Below are positions 14,001-26,000 of a stretch of DNA of 64,000 nt, piece after piece. How positions within the stretch are numbered: the stretch's first letter is position 1; each line of letters starts with the position of its first letter. The DNA comes from Amphiscolops sp. MND2022. Taxonomy: Eukaryota. The stretch is taken from the NCBI GenBank assembly GCA_964187785.1, contig OZ076409.1:51028001-51092000 (forward strand), in the 5' to 3' direction. The translations under genes were made by a program, and so were the position numbers. Under the pieces are notes generated by a model. The model had not been told where the DNA came from and ran no database searches. It was given only the letters and a program-made list of their open reading frames with translations.

Positions 14001-17000
14001 TTATCAAGGAAAGTGAACCAAAAGAAAACTAGGTTTACTTTGTGAGGTAGAGAATTATCCGGAGTTGAAGAACTTTCTTCCTTTTTCTGGTATTTGTTCG
14101 TCGTCAACCTTTGAACATATTCCTCGATAGCTGAGTCTATGTTCTTCGGCTTCTTGGCTTGCGGCTGTTTCGTTGATGTCAGGGTCGGCTTTTTGACAGC
14201 CTTTTTTTTTATCTCCACTTGCTGTTGGTTGTTGAAGCGGTTCAGCTGGTCTTGATGCTCCGCAAATGGTTGATGATCTCACTGGTCCACTTTTAGAAGA
14301 CAACGCTGCGACGGACGGCTCATTCGCGTCAATGACAGATGCCAGTTCCGAAGCATGTTCATCAGCAACATCTGGCTTGGCTTCTCCACTTTTAGCTGGT
14401 GGTTTCGGATCAACTATCTCGCCGACAGCTGGCTTGGCTTCTCCACTTTTAGCTGCTCCTTTCTGAGCAAATTTCTCTCCGACAACTGGCTTGGCTTCTC
14501 CAGTTTTAGCTGGTGGTTTCTGAGCAACTTTCTCTCCGGCAGCTGGCTTGGCTTCTCCAGGTTTGGCTGGTGGTTCCGGAACAACTATCTTGCCGACAGC
14601 TGGCTTGGCTTCTCCACTTTTAGCTGTTGGTTTCTGAGCAACTTTCTCTCCGACAGCTGGCTTGGCTTGTCCAGGTTTGGCTGGTGGTTCCGGAACAACT
14701 ATCTCGCCGACAGCTGGCCTGGCTTCTCCACTTTTAGCAGGTGGTTTCTGAGCAACTTTCTCTCCGGCAGATGGCTTGGCTTCTCCAGTTTTAGCTGGTA
14801 GTTTCGGAACAACTATCTCGCCGACAGCTGGCCTGGCTTCTCCACTTTTAGCTGGTGGTTTCTGAGCAAGTTTCTCTCCGACAGCTGGCTTGGTTCCTCC
14901 AGTTTTAGCAGGTGGTTTCTGAGCACCTTTCTCTCCGACAGCTGGCTTGGCTTCTCCACTTTTAGCTTGAGGTTTTGAAGTAAGTTTCTCTACGGCAGCT
15001 GGCTTGGCTTCTCCAGGTTTAGCTGATGGTTCCGAAACAACTATCTCTCCGACAGCTGTTATGTCTTCTCCACTTTTAGCTGGTGGTTTTGAAGCAAGTT
15101 TCTCTCCGACAGCTGGCTTGGCTTCTCCACTTTTAGCAGGTGGTTTTGAAGTAAGTTTCTCTCCGGCAGCTGGCTTGGCTTCTCCACTTTTAGCTGATGG
15201 TTCCGAAACAACTATCTCTCCGACAGCTGTTATGTCTTCTCCACTTTTAGCTGGTGGTTTTGAAGCAAGTTTCTCTCCGACAGCTGGCTTGGCTTCTCCA
15301 CTTTTAGCAGGTGGTTTTGAAGTAAGTTTCTCTCCGGCAGCTGGCTTGGCTTCTCCACTTTTAGCAGGTGGTTTTGAAGTAAGTTTCTCTCCGGCAGCTT
15401 GCTTGGCTTCTCCCCTTCTAGCTGGTGACTTCGGAGCAACTTTCTTTCCGACAGCTGGCTTGGCTTCTCCACTTTTAGTTGGTGACTTAGGAGCAACTTT
15501 CTCTCCGACAGCTGGCTTGGCTTCTCCACTTTTAGTTGGTGACATAGGAGCAACTTTCTCTCCGACAGCTGGCTTGGCTTCTCCACTTTTAGTTGGTGAC
15601 ATAGGAGCAATGGCATGGCATCAAGTTTTTTTACGACAGCTGCCTCGGCTACTCCTAATGTAGTTGGTTGTTTTGAATCATCTTTTCCTGAGGCAGTTGC
15701 TCTGAGTGCCACCACGCATTTCGAGAAACCTTTTACTACACCGGCTGTCTGTTCCGACTTCTCATCTTCGGTTTTTGATTCGGAATCAATTTTCTGTGTA
15801 ATGTTGGCTTTCGATTCTGGTTTTGACGTTTCTATTTTCTGGACCTGGTGTTTTAAAACAACTCTACTTCTGGTCTTCGGCTTCTCTTCCTTTGTAACAG
15901 CTGATTTGTTTGTAACGTATTCTTCGCATGGCGCTTGTCCGGCTGCAGTTAACCTCATTTCATTTTCGGTAAGTGTAAGCATTTGTGCCGTTGCAACCAC
16001 GAGTTCTTTTGTAGATTTTGGGTTTTCCAAATTAACTGGTGTCTCACTTTCGGGAACCGCGGTGTTTTTTCGCCACTCGGCATTTGAGAAGCCATAATCA
16101 TATCGCAGCTCTTCTCCTTAAACAAGGTTGCACGTGAATTTTTCAAGTAAAGCTCATTTCTTTATCTGCGAAGAAAAACACTTGTGTTCCTTTTAAGCTT
16201 CCCCTTATTCCATTTTCTAAAACTAGATATCAATTTTCCTGTGCCCACGTAAAAAGTTTCTTGCTACCCGCTGGTGACAATATTATATTGTTGTTTTCTC
16301 CAGTTTCATTTTTTGGCGCTTCGAAATCTATCAAAATTTTTCTTTCAAAATTGAAACTATGAAAATTTTCAAATGAGTCAAAAATATTTCTGAATTATAT
16401 CAAAACTTATTCTATTTTTGGACAATGTAATTCGATTCATGTAAAACGGACTCAGTATGATGCTGTTTCTTACTAGCAGAAGTTCGGACTGGCAGTTAGT
16501 AAAATTTGTCGTCGTGTTTTTACAGTCACAAGGTCGTACTCGCACTTGGTAGGACATGACTGATTTTACAAGCACATGGTCGGACTTGCACTTGATTGAT
16601 CATGATGTTCAAGCACCACGCGTTGCTACTGTTGTCGCTGTGACCCACCAATGTATATCTTGTAATTAAAAAAATGTCAATTTTTCGAAACCAATTTTTT
16701 GTTCAATCTAATGGCACTGGCATCCTCAGACTTGGGGGCAAATGGTTAACGAAACAATTTTCACGGATGTTTTTTCCACAATGTGATGGTTGGAAAAAAT
16801 GCTAACTTGATAAACTTTTTTCGAAGTTACAATTGTTCTAATTTTGGAACTCTTGTTGCAGAAATTCCAATGAAACATTTTCAGAGATACCAAAAGTTCT
16901 AAAACTTCCCTTGATGTTTCGTATTTCTGGCACTTTCTTAACTTATTTGTTGTTGAACTTTGTAATTTTAGGCAAAAGAGCTGCGGTATTTTGAAACGCG

Positions 17001-20000
17001 TTCGCACAAAGGTATATTTTTGGTAAAGTAATTGGTTGTTTTAACTTCAAAGGTTCTATCTTATGTTAGTGTTGTTAGTATTGTGGACAATCCCGCTATC
17101 GCGCGATTGTCGAGCTCATCTTTTGGGGACAGCTCGTTACAGTATATGCAAATAGATGGATATGATGGTCCAATGCCAATAACGACTGCGTTACACTATT
17201 TCAGTTTTCTGCATTGCGAAAAAAATTTGAATTTAGCAAATATTTTCAATTTTTTGCTGGAGTCGACCGTCATTACGCGGCAGCCCTTCGCGCCACTTCA
17301 TGTCGGTTTTTGTCAAAACGGGCTACTTGTAACGCAGAACAAGTAATGTATTGTCTCTCCGCTTCGCTGCCTTGCTGCACATAAGTGCATACTAGGTGCA
17401 TAAGAACATAGCTGATTACATTATCATAATTAGTTCATTGGTGTTTAGCACACAAACTCAATCACTTTGCTTTTTCCCTAATTCAATTTTCAACCAATCA
17501 GAAGCGTTTATTAAACGTTTTTGGCGCAATGAAAAGCTTACTAAATTTCAACGTTTAGGGAAACAGCCAAAATTCTGGCGGTTACCAGAAAAAGTCCATT
17601 TCGAGGGATTGTTTAAAAAGATTACGTACCAAATAACAAGAGCAAATAACAAAAACAAAATTAGTTTCAAATAACATTAAATTGAAAGTAATTTCTTATA
17701 AAATAAAAATCAAACTGAATACTTGGTTGAAAAATTGAACTCACGTAATTTTATCTGTAATTTTTAATACTTTTTTCAGTGAATCCTTTGAATTTTCTAT
17801 AATGTTGAACACTAAAACTTTCTCGTGTTTTTATTTGCTCTAATGCTATTTGGGAATTCACCGTTTGAAAACAATTTTGCTCAATGTCATGCAATTTAGA
17901 AATTATGATTAAGATTTGGGATTTATGCTAAGCCCCATCCTGGTTTAAAGACGTCACCTGGAATCGAGAAACTTGAACACCTCTCAAATAGGGAACTTGA
18001 TTTGAGCCTATCAAATTATGTACTTACTCATCCCTGGAACTTTTGCCAAAAGTGATTGGAATATCAACGCCCTGTGTTAGTGAGTTATCCCAACTTAGAT
18101 GATTATATACATTCCGTATAATGAAACAATTTGGCATCTGGAAAGCAGTGATGTCCATTTATAATAATATAAATGACTTTTCATGTGCCAGTGGAAAGGA
18201 CAGAAAAAACTTATACAGCTCGTGGACTCTATTCCAAGCAACGCCCGGTGTTCGTGAATTTTTTCACGACTTGGTCGAACATGAACACTACTTTTCACTA
18301 TCGGGTTAAAATAGCAACGCCCGGTGCTTGAATTCTATAACGACTTAGTCGAACATAAACACTACTACTTATCACTACCTGGTTAAAATAGCAACGCCCG
18401 GTGTTTGAATTTTATGGTGACTTAGTCGAACATAAACACTACTACTTATCACTACCTGGTTAAAATAGCAACGCCCGGTGTTTGAATTTTATGGTGACTT
18501 GGTCGAACATAAACACTACTAGTTTGTGTTTTGAAATAGCAACGCCCGGTGTTTGAGCTTCATTACCACTTGGTTGAACTTAAACATTATTTTTCATTCC
18601 CTGTACACGAAAGTTATTTTTCAACGTTATATATGGCTCTTTGCTGCAAAACATCCGCTCTAATGCTCAATGTTGACCCATGATAATCCTATTTTCCAAA
18701 GAAAAAACCAAAAAACGTTCAGAAGGGCCTAATTAGAAGTTAACTTGGGCTCCGCGACAGTACCAAAAACGAACATAAAACGCGATTTTTTATGCAAGAA
18801 CAATATGTTTGAAATATAAATAGAACGTTTTTCAAATTGCACTTGGTGTGGCCTTACCCTGTACTTTACTAAGCATCGATGGGACTTTTTAACGCAGTCG
18901 TGTTTGTCTTCAATCACCAAGTAATTTACTGATTGCTCTCTCCTAATTGCCAGCTTGTATGCAAAGCTCTCAACTTGGTTCATTCACCACCCAACACCCC
19001 ATGGGGATGGCAGGGTTTTTTGACGCTTCGCTTATTATTGTTTAAAAAATAAAAAGGACGTTTTCGAAAATGCACTCGGTGGGACCTGAAACTAGTTTAC
19101 TAAGCATTGATGGGTCTTTAACCGCAATCTTGTTTGTTTCTATTCGCCAAGTAAATAAGTGGTTGTCCCCCTCCTGATTAAACTCAAATCAACAGCTTGT
19201 ATGGCAAGTTCTCAACTTGGTTCATTCACCACCCAACACCTGACAGGCGGATAACTATACTCTATCTTAATTTTTAGCACTTTTTTCAATCGATAAACTA
19301 TTCGGAATCAATTAGTGGGACATACTTTGTGGGAATTGAAAAATTACTAGAGCGTGGTCATGTGTCAAAAGTATGGAAGAAAGGGACCATGTGTTCAATC
19401 CTCCTCAAGGGGCCGCTACCTGTCAGTTGAAAGTTATTCTTTTAAATTTTAAGGCGAAGAAAATTTGCGTTTGAAGAACATAGTTTGAACAAAATTTGTA
19501 TTTGAATCTCAAACTGTCAAAATGAAATTAGTTTCCAATATGAACGTTTAAGATGCTAAGTTTAAGTCTTTTACATTCGAACACTGTCACTGATTTCTCA
19601 AAACATTTCTGACTGTCATTTTGACTGTTTTTTGGTAGCAACTAAATCTGGGTTTCAATAACTTGAGAATTCTGGGAAACATTACAGAAGATTGTTCCAC
19701 AATTTGAAAAATTAAACTGACCTGGAAGAATAACACGAGTTGCCAGGAAGATGCAATGTGGTCTGCCCTCGTCGTCATGAACCTTTTTCATTCGACAGTT
19801 GGCAGCAACTGATTTGTCCTTGTCGTTGATAAACCTCGCCAAGCCAGAGTTCGTCTCATCGGAAGTGTCAATGAACACTGTGTCTTTTCCCTCCTGAACT
19901 TCCATCACGTAGTCAAAGTTGGCGACTTGAGTTGCTCTCCTCGGCCCCCAATAACTCAGGAGAAACTCTTGCGCTTCAAATTGCTTTTTCACGAAAAGCC

Positions 20001-23000
20001 CTCTTCCAGTCGTTCCATTGGCGAATTTGACGGTCTGGACAATGAAATCCTTCGGATCAGAATAGAGGAAGTCTTTCCACGAATCAGTTTTTCGCGCAAC
20101 ACTACGAGTAGACATGGTTTTCTGAAGAGCAAGAAAGGTAGGGTTTTGTCACACAGAGCAGTTCAACCAAAATTTAACATCAATAAAGCCAATGAAATAT
20201 GAACTCTACATTATAATAAATAAGTAAACCTTTTAGTGTTCAACTGAAACCGTTCGATTATGTTTTAGAATTTAGGAAGAATGAAAAAATGTGCTCAATG
20301 ACAGTGTTGCTACTAGGAGAAAATTCAATCGAGAAAATCTAATACTTTGCGGATTTATGGTGTCTACTTTTGATCCGGAAAAAACATTAGTGAGCCAAAA
20401 TACTGTGATTCATTGTTTTAGCGAGAAAAAAAAAGAACAAAATTTTGAACCAATGTTGTCAGTTTTGAAAGCAAAGAGTTCTCAAGAAATCAATGTCAGC
20501 TTCGAATTGAAGAAAAGCCAAAGTTTTCATTGGTCTGGTCACGCTCCCATTTTCTGTTCAATTTTGTTGGACCCAAGATTCTATTTTGTCCCAGTGGAAG
20601 TCCCAAGTGGATTCGCAGTACATGTAGAGGAAAACCTCCCAGGGGCTCTCGAAGGGCTCTTTTCCTTTGGGGTGTCTACGTTGGTCAGCCTTGATGATAG
20701 CCAGCATCTTCCTCAGCTCAACTTTACTGACAGTGCTCTCTGAACGATGACGATATGACCACTCTCTGTAGAGGAATATGACAACCAAGGCTTCAAAGTG
20801 AGGAAATGCAAAGGAGGGTTGGAAACCTTGTTCGAGTTCCTTCTCGAAGGCCAGGGCGCTCCGATACATGTGCTTCTCCATAATGAAGTTACAGCCAAAC
20901 GCCACGCTCTCTTCCGGAGTGAACACAAAATGGATCCATTGACTGGGTAAGAACAGACAATCGCCTTTTTCTAGCACTATCTGATGCGTTGTCACGTCCC
21001 GGTGAAAGCCGAAGAAGAATGAACTGAAACAGAGAGCATGTTGAAGAAGCAACTATTAACCCAGGAATTGGTCATAGGGATCTAAAATTCACTACCCTTC
21101 GTTCATCGCGCACATAGTTGTCATATATAAAAATCGGTGGTAGATTAATACCATCGATCAATAGCAACGCTCGGTGCTGGAAAAAAAAGTAACAATTGTT
21201 GCGACCTAAATTTGAGATAAAAAAGGAACGCCCGGTGCTGGAAAAAAATTAATTATTGCGGCTTCATATTTAAGATGAAGAAGCAACGCCGTGATGGAAA
21301 ACGAGAGTGTTTTTAGGATTCGAACGAAAAAGCAATCGATCATTGATGCTTCTCCAACGTTCTAAAAATTGAAGAAAAAACCTAAAAATTACATTTGAAT
21401 TTGTACCTATTTTTCAGAACATTTATGACGCAAGCAAAGCTCCTGATCATGTGCCTTTGAAAAAGTCTCACTTACTTTCTGTTACCGCTCGCAAGCCATT
21501 CCTCAAAAAGCTTTTGATTTTCCTCGGTTGGCTCCACAACAAAGAAGTGTTTCTGGCCCTTTGCCAAAATGTAGAAAACGGATGTGCCCGTGAAGTCCTG
21601 ATGCCAGTTAGTTTGCGCTCCAGCTTCTGACATCAGCAGGTAGTCACTAATTCCTGATGTGCAATCAAATGCCAACTGGTTTTTGGGGCTCATAGAATTC
21701 TTCATGCAATGGCCAAAGGAAATGTCCGTCACTATATTGGGCAAACAAAACCGGTGGACCATCCCGCTCTTTGAATCCGCGTTGAAGTCAATCACATTCA
21801 TCGGATGATATTCAGGCTCAAGGCTGCGGTCTTCATTGTGCTCAAGAAACTCCTCCAGAGTGAATTCATCTTCATTTTCTTGAATCGAAGAGAAACAGAC
21901 ATTAATTTTGACCTCCCCTGGAATTCCCTCTGTTACACAACGAAAAGACGTCAAGCTTTCAGCAGGAGGAGTTGCGATACCAGGAAGTTTGTTGGTACAC
22001 TGGCGTATAACAACAGGTTTTGAAGGGCTCCCGTTGCAAAACTTGGATCTAATATCGTCCACATTCAGCACATTAAAATCATTTGTGGCAGGCGGTGCTG
22101 TTGCAAACACATGCTGCTGGAATTCCACAGAACCAACTTTGACTCCAATTGGGGGAAGCGAACTGAAGTTTGTTGAGTAAGAAGCCACGCCCTCCACGGC
22201 AGTCTCCAGCTGTTCCTCGACCGCGACTTCGGTTGTCCTCGGAGGTGTTTTTTTTGAGTCTTCAGCTCTCTCTTGAACGTCAACCGCTTCAGCACCCGTA
22301 AGAGTTTCTTCGGATGAGACTTCACTTCTCTCTCCAAGAGAAGCAAGGGTTTCCAGTTTAAATTGAAGCGACTCGTCACTTGAGAAAGGAGGGCTCTCAT
22401 CCGCGAGAGATCGTCGTTCTGGGGTCTCTGGAACAAACGGTTCCAAAACTGCGCTTTGGTCGACAAGATTTGCACTTTCCTCAACTGCACCAGAGGATGT
22501 AGTGGGCTTTTGTTCCAAAAACGTGAAAGTTGTCGCCGTTTGGGAAGTACTGGTTGTGGCTGGAGCAAGATGGTACTTTTTTTTGTGCCGCGTTAGATCA
22601 AAACTTCGAGTCGTTGTCGTGCCACAAAATTCACACTCGAAGATACCTTTTTGGCGTTCTGAAACATAAGACTCGTTATGCGAAGGAATCAAACGGAAGC
22701 CAAAAAGAATGCTACAATATTCGACTTGGTGCCAGTAAAAAAGTTGGTTATAATCGAAGTTTATCGATCAATCTTAGATGTAATCTAGTCACTCTTCATG
22801 CGGTGCAACACCCGGTGCTGGAGAATGAGACTGTTCCTTAAAACTCGAAGAAAAAGCAACGCCCAGTGCTACAAAAATGAGGTTAAAACAAGCGCGACAC
22901 AATTCAACTAGCCACTGTCATGAATACTATATTGGTATTTATTTATATATTATTCAGGACAGGGCTTGTCAAACTATGCCAGAGACAGGTTATTCTAACA

Positions 23001-26000
23001 TATCTCCCTGAATTTCGTTTTATGTATTCAATTAAAAAAGAAGTATCGAAACACTTTTGACGAAAATCACTTTCTGAGTTTTTCATTGAAATCTTTTTCA
23101 GAAACGCAGGATCTTTTTCTCAAAATATTGAAGAATAGTCTGTATTTCCAACCACCACTTGCAGGAAAATACAGTCCAGGTTGAAATTTAAAAACACAGC
23201 ATAACAATTTCTGACAAAGACTGCATCAGACTTCATTCATTGAACTCCGTTGAATGAAGCGAGAAGGTCTTGGTCCCAAAAATGTTGAACGAAGAATCGA
23301 GAAACGATATCAACTTTACTACCAGTAACAATGTTTTTCGAGTGGAGCAGAAATTAAAAAAAACCCATCAAACACTCAATTAAACTACCAGAATTCCTTC
23401 ACCTGGATTCATTCAACCAAAACAAATCATTGTAACAAACTTTCAAAATGTTAAAATTTAACATGTCGAGCAGATTAGAACTGCACCATGTGTCTTTCAA
23501 GGAAACCATGTTGAACAAAACAAGGAAGTGCCGGCTTCGAAAAGGATCCATCCCTTACTTCCTTCAACACAATTTTCCGCGCAGGAACGAAAAAAAAATG
23601 TTTAACGCGACGTATTTGATCTGAGAAGCAACTCTCCTGCTATAGTGTAGTGTTCATATAGTCCGAGCATTGCACCCAACTAAAAGAGCGTCTGAGGTTC
23701 GATGTTCATTTGAAATTCTTTATACGTACAAATGGAAAGAGTTCTACGAAGTTGTAACAATTTTATCGAAAAATTTTCTCTCCAGAACCCACTTGGTTTA
23801 TTTCTTGGGAAAATCAAGAAAAAATGAAGGAAAAGAGGAAAAAATTTAACTTTTTTAGCAGAAACGATCACGCACTTGCCGTGGCGTTCATGTTCGACCT
23901 ATGCTGCTGAGTGTTCAGTTGCTGAAAGGTTGAAAATCATAGTGAAAGGTCGGACATTCTACAGGAGTTCGACCTTTGCCCCTAATTGTGATTACCACAG
24001 CACACAATGAATCTCGTGATCGCTTATCTCATTTCGTGATTTTATGTCGACAAAAATTGGGCTCGGAACCAATTGACGAGGTTCAACTTGATTGCATCGC
24101 ATTTTTTTGAGAATTCTAGCGTCAATTTGAATTTTGACACCTTAATCATTTCAAACTAGTAACGCAAGGTGCTGGTGATTACTACATCTTTACTGTACTT
24201 TAATCTGAAAAAGAGCTAGTGAAAAAGCAGCACCCGAAACTTGAAATATGTTTGAAAAGAAAATTTTGATTAGATTTTATTGCTGAGAAAATTTCTTTTG
24301 AAATAGGCGCCTTTAACACAAAAAGACATTTGGTCTTTTCGGACAAAAAGGTTTGAAAATTAGGGGAAAATAAAATCACAGCAATTTTCGTAACGAGTGT
24401 TCGTAAAACTTCCGGACCGCGCGTCAGCGTTTTGCCCTTCTTTCATTTTCACATGTTACCAAGGTTTAATTTCAAACAAATTGATGTTTTTATGTAACCG
24501 AACAACCGTTCAGGAAAAGCAACGCCCAGTGCTGAAAAAAACACAATGTCAATGTGATTCCGCCTTAAAATTTGGACAAAAATAGCAACGCCCGGTGCTG
24601 GAAAAGATTGGGTTTTTGCGCAGTATTGTTTTCATTTAGAAAAGCGTGGCCCTGTGCTGGAAAACTGGACTGTTATCGAGCCTTATAGTTTGAACGGAAA
24701 TTGTAACGCCCGGTGCTAGAAAAACGAGTTTGTTATTGTGCCTGAAGAGTTGAACAAACATAGCAACTCCCGGTGCTGGAAATAGAAAATTTTCGCGCCT
24801 TGTTGTCACGACTCTTCAGACGGACGACTGTCTGGTGATAAGAGTCTGAGTCTACTTAAAAGAAACTTAGTTTATTCAAAGTATCAACTACGATGTAATT
24901 TGCTCTCAGAACCTATTTGTTTTCAATATTGATTTTTCAAGTTTCTATCAGGGAGGTACTAAAGGGAACATGCTCGACGTTGATCACCTGGACATTGACC
25001 CAAGGGATATAATGGTTTTCATATATCAATCGGGACGACGTCTAGTTGAATCAGGTCAAAAAATTGCATTCGAAAGAGCAACAACTTTATCCGAACCCTT
25101 CGTGACACTTTCGTTTTGTGATTAGAAAAATGAAAAGTCCCGCGTGAAAGAAAGAAAAATGAACTGTTTACACTTGAAAACGGAAGACAAGAAAACAGAT
25201 ATTGCGATTCTTCTCGAGTATGATACATAGGTTCTACGAAAGACTTCTGTAAACACATAACGTAACACTTTCTGACGAAGACTGAATCAGACTTCTTTCA
25301 TTGAACTTTTTTGAATGAAGCGAGAAGGTCTTGGTCTCAAAAATGTTGAACGAGGATTCGACAAAGGACTTCAACCATTACTACAGGTAACAACCTATTT
25401 CGAGTAGAACAGACTCAAAAAATAAACGTAAACGCTTGTTCAAACCACCAGAATTTATTCATGTGGTTTCATTCATCTAATGAAAAGTATTGTGACAATT
25501 TGATAAAAAGGTCGTTACAATTTCAGACTAAGACTGCACCATGTTCATTTCAGTGGAACTATATTGAAGCACACAAGTGGGTCTTGGGCTCGAAAATTTT
25601 GAAAGCGATGAATCGAGGAATCGTTCCCTCCCTTGCTCTTCCGGTAACAGAACATTCCGACCAGAACGAAACAAACATCATTTTACGTGACACATTTGGT
25701 CTGGTCGCCAATACTCCTGCTATAAGGTAGTGTTCATATAGTAAGAGCATTGCGCCCAACCGTAAGAGCGTCCAAGTTTTTGTTATGTATATGATGTTCT
25801 TCACACATACAGAAGGAATGAGTTCTACCAAGTTTAAAAAAAACTATCGAAATGTTTTCTATCCAGGACTCAGTTAGGATTTTCTCTCGAAAATTTTTGA
25901 ATAAAAGAAAATAGAGTAAAAACAAAATTTTTTTAAAGCAGAAACGATCATGCAACTGCAATGTCGTTCATGTTCGACCTGTGCTGCTGGGTTTTTAATT

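Noticed and set aside
15230..15610. LLLCHQLKVEKPSQLSERK repeat as a real protein
   Set aside because: Out-of-frame reading of the KSGEAKPA repeat caused by the 5-bp duplication.
14266..16097. Plus-strand ORFs over the coding repeat
   Set aside because: Antisense shadows of the minus-strand repeat exon.
20115..20558. JmjC-SET single fusion protein
   Set aside because: The JmjC exon ends in a stop with no convincing donor before it; kept as two genes pending transcript data.
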